From contig BDGG01000002.1 of assembly GCA_001949185.1 (NCBI GenBank), positions 7,988,448-8,052,447 on the forward strand: DNA of 64,000 bases, written 5' to 3'. The translations under genes and the position numbers were made by a program. Position 1 is the first letter of the stretch. The number at the start of each line of letters is the position of its first letter. This DNA comes from Ramazzottius varieornatus. Taxonomy: Eukaryota; Animalia; Tardigrada. The notes under the pieces are model-generated. The model saw nothing but the letters and a program-made list of their open reading frames with translations, did no database searches and had not been told where the DNA came from. Of the stretch, positions 51,101-63,811 are shown in pieces.

Positions 51101-54100
51101 CTTTGGGAATGAAAGGATAGTCTTTTGGCCGAATGACATCCTTCCTTTATTGATCTTGTCCTCTTCCATACACAAGCTAAATTGTCGACGCTACAAAACA
51201 GCCAGCCGACCGCAGACTGATTTGAGTGAATGGCCCTATGTAATCTTGCCGCAGCAGGAGGACGAGAAGCAAAGCGGATAAGTTGCTCTCCTTGATAGAA
51301 ATATTCTGAATATTTCATCCCCGTGACGCACTGATCTTTGTCAATGACAGCTGCCTGGTGTCTTCTGTCCTACCTACTTTGCCATCGACATGTTGTTGTT
51401 GTTGGGGGTGGAATTTATGGCGATGATTGACGTTGATGTCAAACATGCTTCTATTTCCACGTGCGGACCTTCGCTAATCGTTAGGCATGATTAGCAGGCA
51501 AGTTTACGCTAGGCGTACCACACCCGCACGAAGGTCCCGAAGGATACTGAGCAGAGTAGTGGATGCTGTGAAAAGTGCTTGGCGTTATAGTCTGATGTGT
51601 TGCTTGTTGGTTGCAGCAATGGGTTCATAGCCAACGGTGACCAAATTGTGGCAATTAACGGTCGCTGTATTATCGACCCGGAAGGAGCCTTTCCCCACCA
51701 GGAAGCGGTGGCTATTCTGCAGCGTGCTTGTGGGCTCATTCAGTTGGTCTTAGCCCGTTACCCTGTGCTTCCTTCGCAGCCCTTGCCTTTGTCCGCCAGC
51801 AGCAACCTGGCTGAACCCGTCAAAATGGTGGTACGTACTGTATATCGAAGATGATCATAGTTTCATGTGGCGCAATCATGTATGTAACTGGCCAGAAATG
51901 TGCGCCACTTTGAAAAACAATCTTATCGGGGTTATTTTTCCCAAGTGGCGCAGTTTTCTTTGTTATGGGCTTGGAGCAGTGCGCCGCTTGAGATGACGCT
52001 CATCCCGAGATTGTTTATGGTTTCCCATGTTCTCCATTTGTCTTATAATTCCTCATGGATCTTGCATTCTGTGTTTGTAGTTGAGCAGTGAATGGGCGCA
52101 AGTGGAAGTGATTGATTTGCACAATGACGGTAGCGGCCTGGGCTTTGCCATCACCGGTGGCCGCAGTACCGGCGTCGTCGTTAAATCCATCGTGCCGGGC
52201 AGTGTGGCCCATCGGGATGGCCGATTGCGCTTAGCCGACCATATTCTCTTTTGCAACGAAGTGTCGCTTCGTGGCATGGGTAGTGACCAGGTCGCCGCTG
52301 TCCTTCGCCAGATGCCTGACTCGCTGCGTCTCATTGTGGCTCGTACATTGGACGCTGATACGCCTACTATGGACCAAGATCATCTACCACGACTTCGATC
52401 AGCGTAAGTCCCACTATATGCAACGCGGACTAAGAACAACATGTTAGGTTTCGCACGATGGCTTTGTTGTAGAAATCCTAATTCTTTTCAACTCTTTTGG
52501 CCATTTCTCTGCAGAATGTTTACAGGAATGGCCTCTTTTTCTCTTGGGTAACCGTAGCCATGTTAGGCCCGTGTACAGCACGGCCCTGTCCCCAGTTATC
52601 GGAGAAAAAGCAGATTGAATTCGTGAACTAAATAACTCCGCGATTCGTATCATCAATTAGGGATTTATGATGGTGTTTTCTGTCTTTCGCTAGGGAGGTG
52701 ACCGATGTGGCCAAGTTGGAGCAAGCCTTGGGCATCACCATTCAAGCTCCGATGGAAGCCGCTGTCCATGCTGGGGAGAACGAGCATGACAAGGAGAACG
52801 TGGTGGAGAGAGAAGGTCTGCAGGCCCAAGCCTTCGTTCATCATCGTCAACGTAGCAGCTTGGCCAGTCTACAGCAACAGCCTCTGCTACCCACCACCCA
52901 ACCACCGGCCTTCCCTACTTCTCACTCGGCGCACACTGATGTGTCGTCCTCCACTTCTCGCCGCCAACACTCCCTTCCGGAACAAGCCTTTCCACCACCG
53001 GAAGTCCCTCCACCACCGGTAAAACCTTCATTACTGACACTCGATCCGAGAAGCCAGAACACAGTCCGGGGATAATCGTCATCTCAGTTGGCGCATCTTT
53101 CCAGCCAGTAGCATAGAAAATTGCGCCACCCAAGACAGCCATTACCCCATTTCGAGATTGTTTGCCGGCCTTCCATTTGCGTATCGAGATTGACATTGAG
53201 TCTTGGTTATATTTCAGTTGCCGAAAAAAATGTCGGTTAGTTCCGAGAAGAGCGTGGTTTCAGCGGTCCAGTGGGAAACCAATCAGCTTCCACCGTCCTA
53301 CTCGCAACTAGCATCGCCTCCCTTCCCTCCGCCTTTCCCACTTCCGTCTAGTTCTGCCACTACCGTTGTCGACGAGACGGTAAGCAGTGTGGATGATCAA
53401 GGGGGTAAAGAGGAGAAGGAGGCGACGGAGAGCTTTGTGGTCGAGCTGATGAAGGACAGCAAAGGACTGGGCATCACCATTGCCGGCTTTGTCGGTGGAG
53501 AAGGTTCGTTCTTCTATTATTGATAAGTCATCCTTATACCATATAAATTTGGTTAAACACTTATATTCTTGCAGACGAAATATCGGGGATATTCATCAAG
53601 AGTATCGCCCCTGGTAGTGCCGCTGATCTCGATGGCCGGATCAGAGTTCATGACCAAATTATCGAAGTAAGCCACAGCATGAGAACGTTGTTATGTTCGA
53701 CAGGGACTGTAGATGCTTTTGTTTGTAGGTTGATGGGGCTCATCTGGAAGGCTTCTCTAACCAGCAAGCTGTCCAAAAGCTTAAGAATACTGGCCAAGTG
53801 GTTACGCTGAAGCTGCTTCGACATCTCAGTGGCAGGAAACACCAGCAGCTGGAAAGTTACTTCCGTAAGTTCTCCATAGAACTGTCCATAGCTGGAACTG
53901 AAGCTAAAACTATGTGTTGCCTAGTAGAAATGCAGTAACGTTACCGTTGGAGGACAATTGGGAAGTTGGCAGATGAATTCAGATCGGTACCTAAGGTGGC
54001 GCACATTATTGTTGCTATTGACCGAGAGCGTGCGTCACTTGCGGCACTTGGGGAAACGATCTGGGCGAGTTCGTTTGCCAACGTCCTAATTGATGCGATG

Positions 54101-57100
54101 TTGTGAAAAACATTGAGTAAAGGTGTGCCATGTTTTAGGTGATGAAGATTCGCCGAGCAATGGATCAGTGTCGTTCCGCGAAACCGCAGTAGCAGCGACG
54201 ACCAAGAAGGAAGAAAATGAAGCGGAGGACAGTATGGGCGTCCAGCTAGGAGGTGACCGTGAAACTGCCGCCGGTATTGCCTGTCGATGGCGCAAGATTC
54301 TAGGCTCCGAGTTTAGCATCGTTGTGGCTGATGTCATGAAAGAGCGGGTGGGCGGTGGCCTTGGTATCAGTCTGGAGGGTACAGTAGACGTCGAAGGTGG
54401 CAAGGACGTTCGGCCCCATCACTACATTCGCTCCCTTTTACCCGACGGACCGGTGGGCTTGACTGGGCAGTTTCAGGCTGGAGATGAACTGTTGGAAGTT
54501 AACGGTCAGCGTCTCCTGGGTGTCTCGCATAACGAATGTGTCGCTCTTCTCAAAGAACTTCCGCAACAGCTTCGCATGGTCTGTGCTCGACGCAAACGAG
54601 GTAGGTCCACAATTTACTGCTTTGATTTAACATTGATGCGAACTCGGCAAACGATGTCGATCAGATGATTTTCCCAAGTGGCGCACGCTTCCAGCCAACT
54701 ACAAGGAAAACGTGCGCCACTTGGGAGCTCGCCAGACTAAGTTTTTGCAAGTGGCGCACGCTTTCAGTCGCCTGCGCGGGAAACGTGCGCCGCTTGGTCC
54801 GGCTGAGTACGTCTACCGAGCTGCCAATTTTGGACTATTGGCTCGTCAGTAATATATATTGATGTTTGCAGGTTCTCGATGGAGTCAAGCCATGGACACA
54901 CCGACTCCCGAGCAGGTGACGGAAACAGCAGGAGCCACGACTCTGAACGTTACCCAGATGAACGAACGGCTAATCAAGGCCAAGTCCGATGGTTCTCTGG
55001 CCATCGCATCAGCTCCGCCACTAGACTTTACGCTGCTACAACGAAGTGAGACGCTTGGACAGCACGGTAAAATGATGCGATCGCGGTCGCTGGAGCCCAT
55101 CACCCAGTTGTCCATGTGGAGCGACCAGGCCACCGTCATCGAGCTCAACAAGCAAGAACGCGGCTTGGGCTTTTCCATCCTGGTGGGCACAACCTACTAC
55201 ATCTCATGTGCTGTTTAGAGTATAACCGAGTATTGCAATTGACAGGACTACCAAGATCCATTGAACGCCGAAGAGAGCGTCATCGTCATCCGTAGTCTCG
55301 TTCCGGGTGGCGTAGCCCAGCAAGATGGACGACTAGTGCCTGGTGATCGCTTACTTTGGGTACGTTGCTTGTAGTCCTGCGTAGCTATCTTGGTTAGTGG
55401 GCTAATCTGGCCTTTTCTCCACGGAAACGTGTCAAGCTGATGCCAAGCACGGCCTTGACAATGTCTCCGTGGAGAAAAAAGGCATAATCAGCTGAAGAAC
55501 TGAATGGGATGTCAGGAAATGACATAAAATTGTCCCAAGTAGCGCACACTTTCAGCGATCTACAACGAAGAGGCGCGCCACTTGAGATGACGATCACGTT
55601 CCACGTTCTGAGTAACTTTACAAATGTCGGCCGGTGCAACTAAGACGCAAAATATTTTTCTAGGTAAACGATATCAACTTGGAAAAGGCCAGCCTGGAAC
55701 GAGCAGTGGAGATACTGAAGGGAGCTAGCCGAGGCATCGTGCGCATCGGCGTGGCCAAGCCTTTACCGGTACTACCCAGCCTGACTAGCCAACAATTGGT
55801 AAGCTTTTTCCAGCTCATAATCGCCTTCCGACGAAGAGACATAAACTATCAATTACTTACCGTAAAGATAAGCAGGACGGCTGGACTACACGCTGTGGTT
55901 GCCCGTTTGTAGACATCGTCTCATGACGTCGGCGAGGTGTCGCTGCACCATAACATGGACTTTCTCAACCAAGGCGACTCTGCTCACTACGTCTCGTCAG
56001 CCTTTCCTGAGGTAAGAGCTTCTTTTGGCCGTTACTTTTTGTTCGATATCAAATTGTGGATGCTGCCATTGCAGAAACGGACGTATCAGTTGGTGGAAGA
56101 CTATAGCACGTTGAAACGCATCTCTCAGCCTTCGCTGGCGGCACACCATATAGGCGCTATGTCGCCTTCTTCCCGAACCGCCACGCCTGTACAGTCACCC
56201 CGATGGTCACCCATGGCCTCGCCCAGTCTCCTGCCCGGCTCCTGGGCCTCCGATGTCCCATTCCTCCCTGCCGAGCTGGAAAGAAGCATTCGCCTGCCCA
56301 CCTCCTCAGAATCTCTGGGTAAGCATCAACACTCCACAGTATACAGTATACAACCAGATTCACCTGCGGCTTTTGGTTGGTGGTGGTATAGGGCTAGAAG
56401 TGGATGTGGTGGATAAGGGTATAAATGGCTGCCTTATCCGTGACATTAAGGCCGGAAGTGCCGCTGATTTGGATGGCCGACTTGCGGTCGGCGACTACCT
56501 GGTATGTTCTTCTCGTACATCGGCACATGCTTGGTCGATAAGTGCCTGAGCAGTGGCTGACGATTGTTGTGTTAGACTAGCATCAACCATGAATCGCTGC
56601 GCCGTGTGGTCCGAGCGCAAGCTCATGCCATTCTGCGGCGGGCTTCCCTCCTAACTTCCGACATTAGGTACCGTGCGCAACTTGCAATCTAATCTTCAGA
56701 TTGGCGTACAAATTCGACACGATGGTTTCCGCAAGTGGCGCACGCTGTCAGCCAATAACACTGAAACAGTGCGCCAGTGGCACGTCGATCTTGTCGAGCG
56801 CGGTTGCCAAGCTCCAGTCTTAGTTTGCAAAGAGCGCTAGTTAATCGTGGGTGTTCAATGTAGCGTAACCTATATCCCGGCAGCGGAAGCTGCGGTCCAC
56901 CGGCACAATTTCCTGCATCAGCATGGGCGGCACCAGCATGATGCGATCTCCTCTACCAGCTCTTCACGTGACTACTCCCAAACGGAAATGGCTTCCCTTC
57001 CGGACCAAACTTCGCCCAGGTTAGTCGGCTTGAGCTTTTGACTGGTGCGTGCATGCCGGCATTCTTTCCAACGGTCCTTCTTCCTCGTTGTTCTGCGTCA

Positions 57101-60100
57101 CTTTACCACTACGTTGAGCCTATGTTAACTCTTAGTTCAGAAGAAGAAAGTCCGCCCTGCATGAAATACGTAGAATATGCGGTGTTAGACGGTGCTGTTT
57201 GAGGGGGCTCAGTCGAACCGTAGACAAGGTGGAATGCGGGGAGCGGATCTCAGCTATTTTTGAAAAAGTCATGAGGTTGCCGTGTTTCCTTTCATTGGAG
57301 TACGGCCTTGCAGAATGCAGATTGAGGTTAAATTGAGTTAACTGCAAGTTGGCTGGCTATTACGGTGCAAAGAAGCGTGTGAGTCGATGAGACGGAAGAT
57401 GGATGTGTACGTGACCAGCTACAACCAGTCCAACGTTTCCTAGTGGCTAACTATCCATTATGGTCCTTTCAGTATTCAGGCTGTAATAGTCGTAGCAGTC
57501 CCTGCTTGTCACTTCCTGCATGTAAAAGACGTTTCCTTGTGTCCCCGCTAGTCTTATTTGGGTACCTTCTTCCGACTCGATGTTTGGTCCTGCCTGTTGA
57601 TGCTTTGGTTTTTGCTTGAATCTCTCCCGTCATTCATGTGGTCTAGTCTGTGCTGTAGAATTTCTCTGGTGGAAGTCTAATGCTAATCTCCTGTCTTTTT
57701 TCTCCGCCTTGAAGGATCTTTCCAAAGTATTACAGGTGAGTTTCGTTTCCGTCTCTTGACGGTATTCTTGCAGACTGGCAGCTTTCCCTAATTACAGTAG
57801 TCGTAGCTGACTTTGGATAGTACTGTGTGATTTGTTATGGTAGTATTAATTTTGATAATTACTGATGTGATGTGATGTTATATACGTACAGTATATGTGT
57901 AAAGTTACGGCGAGCTTTTGGTGCTGATGGTGAAGTTCCAGGCATTCCAATATGCACTATAGTTTGTCAGGTCGATCTCAGCTGTGAAGCCTGTGATGTT
58001 CCGAGTTGTTGTCAGTTGTCAAAACGACATCCGTCATACTGTCGGAAGTTTCCAAGTACATGGAAAGGACCATTATTAGTTTTGACGGCGTGAAGATTTC
58101 AAATGCTCGTTAATAATTATGCCGTTCAAAGCAGTCTTAATGAAGATGGAAATAGATTCCGTGGTTGAACTCGTTTACGAGTACGTAGTAATGACTTGAT
58201 ATCGTAGGTCGCCGTTTCTGGCGCAACGCAGTATGATGTCGACGCAAGAGACCATTGTGGAGCAGCGTTCGCCGTCTGCTTCGCCCCTACCTGCTGCTCA
58301 TTCTCCCTCTGAGGAAGCGGCTGTCGACACCCTGTCCATGGAAGACTTCCCGCCTCCACCACCTAGTCTCCTGCCGGTCGCCGAGAAGGAAGATACTGCA
58401 GTGGAAACGACAGCGACATTGTCGGTGTCGGTTAGTGCTCTGCGCCACTGGGCGCCACCTCGCACCGTCCTGCTGGAGCGTCAGCCGAACCGTAGCTTGG
58501 GCATCTCCATTGTCGGTGGCAAGGTCCAGATGTCCAATGGCGCCGGTACCGAATCAACCATCACCGGCATCTTCATCAAACAAGTCCTGCCCGATAGTCC
58601 GGCTGGCCGTGAAGGTAAACTGGCAGTTCGGCAAACAAATTCTGCCAAATGTTTTTCCCAGGTGGCGCACGTCTTGGATCCATTTCCTACTGATAACGTG
58701 CGCCACTTGGAGAAACAACCAAACTCGAAAGGTTTGTTTTTCCAAGTGGCGCGTGGCCTCAGCCAAAAAACAAGAAGGTGTGCGCCACCTGGTAAAAGAA
58801 TCTTGTCAAGTTTGTTTGCGGAATTTACCCATGAGGCTTTAGTTTCGTTCTATTTCTTCATCGTTTCTGTTTCAACAGGCACGCTGAAAACGGGAGATCG
58901 CATATTAGAGGTAAGACTGGCCTTTCTCGCGAGATAAAGACCATGGTGTGATGTTTCTGTTTTGGTTAGGTTGATGGGAAGGATATTCGCGAGTCGACTC
59001 ACGAGTACGCTGTCGACATCATCCGCAATGCTCAATCGCCGGTGACGTTTGTGGTGCAGAGCCTCATTAGCCATAGTCCAGCTCCACCAAGCACCGCCGT
59101 CAACCCTCTTCTGCCTAAACCGCCAGCGACCCGTAGTCACTCCATCCACGATACTTCTTCTTTGAGGCAGACCACTCAAGACGAAGCGGCCCCAGCGCAG
59201 AAGGATGCCAGTATCAATGGACATCGTGCCAGTATCGCTAGTCATCAGTCACGACAGTCCAGTAAGTCCAGCTCGTTCGACCGCAACAACGGTCTCAACC
59301 GGGAAGGGGAGGAAGATGACGACGATGACAGTCAGACTGATTCCATGTCCAGTAAGTCGGCAGCTTTACGTCCATGATGGCTCAAATTGAAGTTTGGTGT
59401 CGATTGCAGGTTGGGACGCGGTGGAAAAGTATGGCGATCTGGGCGGACAAATACTGCAAGTGACCATTCCTAGGAGCGAGGCCGGTCTTGGCTTGTCGTT
59501 GGTTGGTAATAAGGATCGGCAAAAGATGTCGGTTTTTGTTCTGGTCTTGGACGACGATAATCCAACTACCAAGAACTCGGGCATCCGGCCGGGCGATGAA
59601 CTGCTGGAGGTAGGTCATACCAGTCATTGATCGTTGTACACTACTTTCGTAACAATACAACACCGTAAAAATGAAGGTAATACGAAAATGGGAGCACGGT
59701 AAATGAACTGCACAAGATCGGTTGCCCAACTGGCACACTCCGAGCCAATAACACTGAATACGCGCGCCATCTGGAAATAGCAAAGTCGGCAAGATCGTTT
59801 GCCCAAGTGGCGCATGTGTTCAGACAGGAATATCAGAAAGGCCATTTGGGAGAAGAATCTTGTGGAGGTTGCTTGCCCGGATCCCAAATAAGCCTCGCGT
59901 CTCCGAAGAGATCGCTAAAAGGTGCCTGCCCTTATTGTGCAGGTGAACAAAATGGTGGTGCGAGGTCGTAGTCACCTGAACGCCAGTGCCATGATCAAGA
60001 CTGTCCGCGATGGCGAGTACCATCTGACATTGTTGCGCCGACCTGGGGCTGTCCACGAGATGGCCGTCTCTCCTGGCTACAAGGTGTCGGACAACGGGTT

Positions 60101-62923
60101 GGAGCATGGAGAAGCGCCTCACCTGGCGCCTACGAGTGCCGAACCTCACTGGCCACCGCATCCCTCTGAGGACGAACTGACTATGGCTGGCCATCCTCAA
60201 ATCAAGACAGCCCACCTCTTCAAGGTAACGACCTCTGTCATGACTGGTATGAAATGACAACGGGTAGCTAAGTGGAAGTGTCATGTCTTTGCAGGCTGCC
60301 AACGGTCTGGGCTTCGGCGTTTCTCAAGGCATGGGAACCATCCCTGAAGGTATCTACATCAAAACGATCACCGAGGATGGCAGCGCCGCCAAGGAAGGCA
60401 CCCTTCGCGTCGACGATCAAGTATGTCGCCGCCATGCAAATGGTCATGTATACATATATTTGACAGGCCGGCAAACGGAACCTGCAAGATCTTCGTCTTG
60501 GGTGGCGCACGTTTTCACTGTTGGTGGCTGCAAGCGTGGGCCACTTGAAGTAACGTTCCTGTGCGTTTCATTTTCCGGTCTCCCATTTTTATGTTAATCT
60601 TGCTTCTTTTCCCAGGTTTCCTGTATGACGTTTCATAACAATACAACATTGTTATTTTGCAGATAATCGCCGTGAATGGTGTGTCGTTAGTGGGGTTGCC
60701 TTACGACGAAGCCTTGAGTACGTTGTGCGTGGCCAACGGTAACATTGCCATAACCGTCAGCCGAGGCCCACCTGCCCCACCGCCCGCGAGCACTCCAGCC
60801 ACGACAGTTCTGCCAGCCATGCCTTCCACTCGACCTCCTCCACTTCCGCTAGTCGTCCAGCCTCTCCTCTCCCCCAGCCTAGCCTCACGGACGCTCAGTG
60901 TAGTCGAAGAGGCCCAACAAGAAGTCAACCTGGAGATTCAACGTGCTAATGGTCTGGGCTTAGGTCTGCAGCTGGCTCTCCTACCCGTCTCTATAGCACC
61001 CATCGTCATTCGCGAAATCTTGCCAGCTGGCTCCGTGGCTGTCGATGGACGCTTGATGGTCGGCGATCGTCTGCTGACCATCAATGGCAAAGACTTCTCC
61101 AAGAGCAACGATACCGAAGCGGCGATGGATGCTCTGCTGCAGGGAACCGATAAACCTATCCACCTTCGAATACTCCGCGACGTCAAGACCACCTTACAAG
61201 ATGACGACATGTACCAGGTACGCTTAACTGCCTCCCTTCAATTTTCTGTCTCAAACTATCGGCTAGCTCAATGCAGAAGTGGGGTTATCTGGGTCGGTAG
61301 TTGGACTTGCCTTCTCTCTACGAAACTGGTTGACAGGGCGGTGCCCAGCACGAACCTGTTTGATTGTTTAGAAATCTTATAGAAAAGGGCAAAATGCGAG
61401 CCGGCGAACAGACTAGATCGAATCGTTTCTCAAGTGGCGCACGTGTCCAGTGATATCGACTAAGAGCGTGCGCCACTCGGAGGAACAATCTGGTTGAATG
61501 TGTTTACCGAGCTCGGAAATTGGCAAAGCGAGCTGGCAGACCGGAAGTGACATCCGTAACTTTCGTGGTTGGTTGTTTCCGTAGCTTTTGGAGGTGGAGT
61601 TGGCCAAGAAGGCCGGACGAGGCCTAGGGTTGAGCATCATCCAGCACCAGAACGAGAAGGGAGTTTTCGTGTCGGAAGTGGTCAAAGGCGGGGAGAGCGA
61701 GGGTAAAGTCCACGCTCAGGATCAAATACTGTCGGTGAACGGCTACGATGTGCGGGACAGCTCTCAAGAGGATGCCGCCACGCTGTTGAAAACGGCTGCC
61801 ATGGGCAAAGTGCACCTCAAGCTTCGGCGTCTCCGGCCGGGAGCTCGAAGTGGCGCCAAAGCAGCCCGACGCACCAGCTCGGCTTCCAACGAGAAGCGAC
61901 CAAACACGGCTAAACGCGCAACTCGTGACACTGAGTCCTCTTCCGCCCGTCCAGCACCTGTGCCTCCCGCTGAACCCACCATTGCTGTGGCTCCTGCGAC
62001 GCAGACCATGACTGTCGAGTTCTTTCGCCAGCCGAGTGAAGCCGTGGGTTTCACGGTGGTGGGCAGTAAGGGACAGCTGAGTATTGGGCAGATTGTGGAG
62101 AGCGCACTGGCGGCCAGCCTAGTTCGGACAGGGGATACTCTCTTGAGGCTCAATGACGTCTCTTTGCAAGCCATGACTCCCAGCGAGGTCAATGCTCAAC
62201 TGAAACAGTTAACCGGCAAGATTTCACTGTTGATACAACGACGGACGCTCTCCACTCCTCAGCTCAATACCTCGGCCAATCCTGCATCTGCCCAAAGGTA
62301 GGTCCCCTTCACTTTTGTAGCTCTTGAATTTGTACGTTTCCTCTCCTTCCCTCCTAGTACTCCCGACTCGCTGGACTGTCGCCATATCGTCCTGCAACGC
62401 GGACAGGATGGACTAGGCTTCTCCATTGTAAGACTTGGTGCTTCCTCTCTGACATATTGTGCCAATGTAGAAAGGGCGACCTAACAGTGCTGCATGTAGG
62501 TTGGAGGCTTTGGCTCGCCGCATGGTGACTTACCCATTTACGTCAAGACAGTCTTCACCAAAGGCGCCGCCGCTGAAGATGGTATAGTTCATGCTTTTCC
62601 CACTTCTGGTATTACTTATCACCGTATGGGACGTTGTAGAACGATTTCTTTCAGATCGTCATTTCAAGTGGCGCACGTCCTCAGTAGGGCAAGTCGAGAG
62701 CGTGCGCCACTGGGGATCATGATCTGGGTGAATTTGTTTGCCGACGTCTCATAAGTGACTTGTATTCTGTGATAATGGTTTTTGGGTGTTGGCAGGTCGG
62801 CTGAAGCGAGGCGACCAGATCGTGGCGGTCAACGGGGAGAGCCTGGAAGGGGCGACGCACGAGAAGGCCGTCAATGTCTTGAAGAACGCCAAGGGGACGG
62901 TCACGCTGATGGTCACCGGCTAA
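48142..62923 (+). CDS. MPDZ: Multiple PDZ domain protein (L27 plus 13 PDZ; MPDZ/MUPP1-PATJ family), many exons
   Basis: L27-like [15 protein letters not shown]...[20 protein letters not shown] loops [129 protein letters not shown]. Stop TAA at 62921-62923. Confidence 0.92.
48978..49026. repeat. Family A palindromic core
   Basis: TAAATGGCGCAC-N25-GTGTGCCACTGG; MPDZ 2.7-kb intron. Confidence 0.8.
49949..49997. repeat. Family A palindromic core
   Basis: CAAGTGGCGCAC-N25-GTGCGCCACTGG; outer right arm ends TTGCCGACGTCCCAT. A further decayed left arm lies at 49859. Confidence 0.9.
51864..51990. repeat. Family A doublet (cores 51864-51911, 51942-51990)
   Basis: Spacers 24 and 25 nt; MPDZ intron 51831-52080. 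Confidence 0.88.
52531..52612. repeat. Family B fold-back copy (degenerate)
   Basis: GCCTCTTTTTCTC..TGTTAGGCCCGTGTA-C-AGCACGGCCCTGTC..GGAGAAAAAGC; MPDZ intron. Confidence 0.55.
53085..53132. repeat. Family A palindromic core (degenerate)
   Basis: CAGTTGGCGCAT-N24-TTGCGCCACCCA; MPDZ intron. Confidence 0.75.
53993..54041. repeat. Family A palindromic core
   Basis: AAGGTGGCGCAC-N25-GTGCGTCACTTG with outer arms TTGGGAAGTTGGCAGATGAATTC / GAGTTCGTTTGCCAACGTCCTAA. Confidence 0.85.
54675..54796. repeat. Family A doublet (cores 54675-54723, 54748-54796)
   Basis: Both spacers 25 nt; centred in MPDZ intron 54601-54871 with 74 and 75 nt either side. Confidence 0.92.
55410..55483. repeat. Family B fold-back copy
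   Basis: GCCTTTTCTCCACGGA..TGTCAAGCTGATGCC-A-AGCACGGCCTTGACA..TCCGTGGAGAAAAAAGGC; next to a family A core. Confidence 0.75.
55536..55584. repeat. Family A palindromic core
   Basis: CAAGTAGCGCAC-N25-GCGCGCCACTTG; MPDZ intron. Confidence 0.85.
56732..56780. repeat. Family A palindromic core
   Basis: CAAGTGGCGCAC-N25-GTGCGCCAGTGG; MPDZ intron 56668-56863. Confidence 0.88.
57715..57735 (+). other. 21-nt in-frame microexon of MPDZ (IFPKYYR)
   Basis: Branch-like TGCTAAT, pyrimidine tract and AG, then GATCTTTCCAAAGTATTACAG, then GTGAGT. Phase 2-2, compatible with the flanking exons (SP/R ... SPF). Confidence 0.65.
58659..58791. repeat. Family A doublet (cores 58659-58709, 58743-58791)
   Basis: Spacers 27 and 25 nt; MPDZ intron 58615-58878. 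Confidence 0.88.
59727..59850. repeat. Family A doublet (degenerate; cores at 59727 and 59804)
   Basis: CAACTGGCACAC-N23-GCGCGCCATCTG, and CAAGTGGCGCAT with a truncated right arm; MPDZ intron. Confidence 0.75.
60499..60547. repeat. Family A palindromic core
   Basis: TGGGTGGCGCAC-N25-GTGGGCCACTTG; MPDZ intron. Confidence 0.82.
61309..61390. repeat. Family B fold-back copy (degenerate)
   Basis: GCCTTCTCTCTACGA..TGACAGGGCGGTGCC-C-AGCACGAACCTG..TAGAAAAGGGC; next to a family A core. Confidence 0.6.
61431..61479. repeat. Family A palindromic core
   Basis: CAAGTGGCGCAC-N25-GTGCGCCACTCG; MPDZ intron. Confidence 0.9.
62625..62753. repeat. Family A element, full-length example (129 bp; core 62665-62713)
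   Basis: 40-nt outer arms TATGGGACGTTG...CAGATCGTCATTT / GGATCATGATCTG...CCGACGTCTCATA pair without gaps around the 49-bp core; last MPDZ intron 62582-62795. Confidence 0.92.
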
Positions 62924-63811
62924 CTTGACTGGTCACTCTTCCCCCCGGAAGACTTCCCGGGCGAACAGCCTCTCCGTCCAGCCTCAGTCTCCTGATGAGC
63001 GCTAAGTTGTCTTACATGCCACAGTTTCGGTCTTGGACCCTGTCAACGACTGCACAAGATGGTATTTTCCAGCTTCGGTTTTACTTTCGAAAAGAGAATG
63101 ATCGCTCTCAGTTTTATCCTCTGTTGTTTAATTAATGTGTTTCCAACCTGGCAGCTGGTAGCACCCGATACTATTGGCCTTATGCCGCACCCTCTACCAT
63201 TTCCCAATGACTTTTGTCTTCCTTCCAAAACGAATGCTTTTCTTTTGATCCTAGTTTACTCTGTTAATGTCGTATATTTTGGTCTTACCGTTTGACGGAA
63301 TAACTTCATCGCTTTCACAGTTTTGCATATCTTATGTGGAGACTGGCTGTTAGACGATAGACTTCTGTACCGAGACTCGACAATTTGACTGTTGGAAAAC
63401 GAGCAGCGAGCAAAGCGCTATACATTAATGGCTTTAGTTTTTTGCGTATGACTTGTTCAACTATGGCGAGTGCAGCGCCGGGGGGAAAAAACAAAGGCAA
63501 CACACGCCAATTAAGTATTAAAGCTAGATTAACAGCTGGCAGTTGTACTGATAAAAGGAAATACGAAGGAAAGCAATGCAGGGCAAACCACTGGCGGTGC
63601 CATGTGATCACTAGAGGTTAGATTACAGCAGATATATCCCAACCACCGTGGGCTACACGGGACAGGTAAACGAAGGGGGAGAATGTACAGCTGACTTAAC
63701 GCGGTACGCGACGACCCAGAGTAAAGCCATCCCAGCTCTTGTGCGAGGACTAGCGGTGGAGCGGACACAGACTTATAACAGAGCAGCAACACCAGTAAAA
63801 GAGCCTAGCGC

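Noticed and set aside
50228-51318. ORFs inside the 2.7-kb MPDZ intron
   Set aside because: No recognisable homology or convincing splice structure. An alternative promoter here cannot be excluded but is unsupported.
54601-62795. Exact centring of family A within introns
   Set aside because: True for two introns (54601-54871, 62582-62795) but not for others (13979, 37275, 51864, 58659), so it is not a rule.
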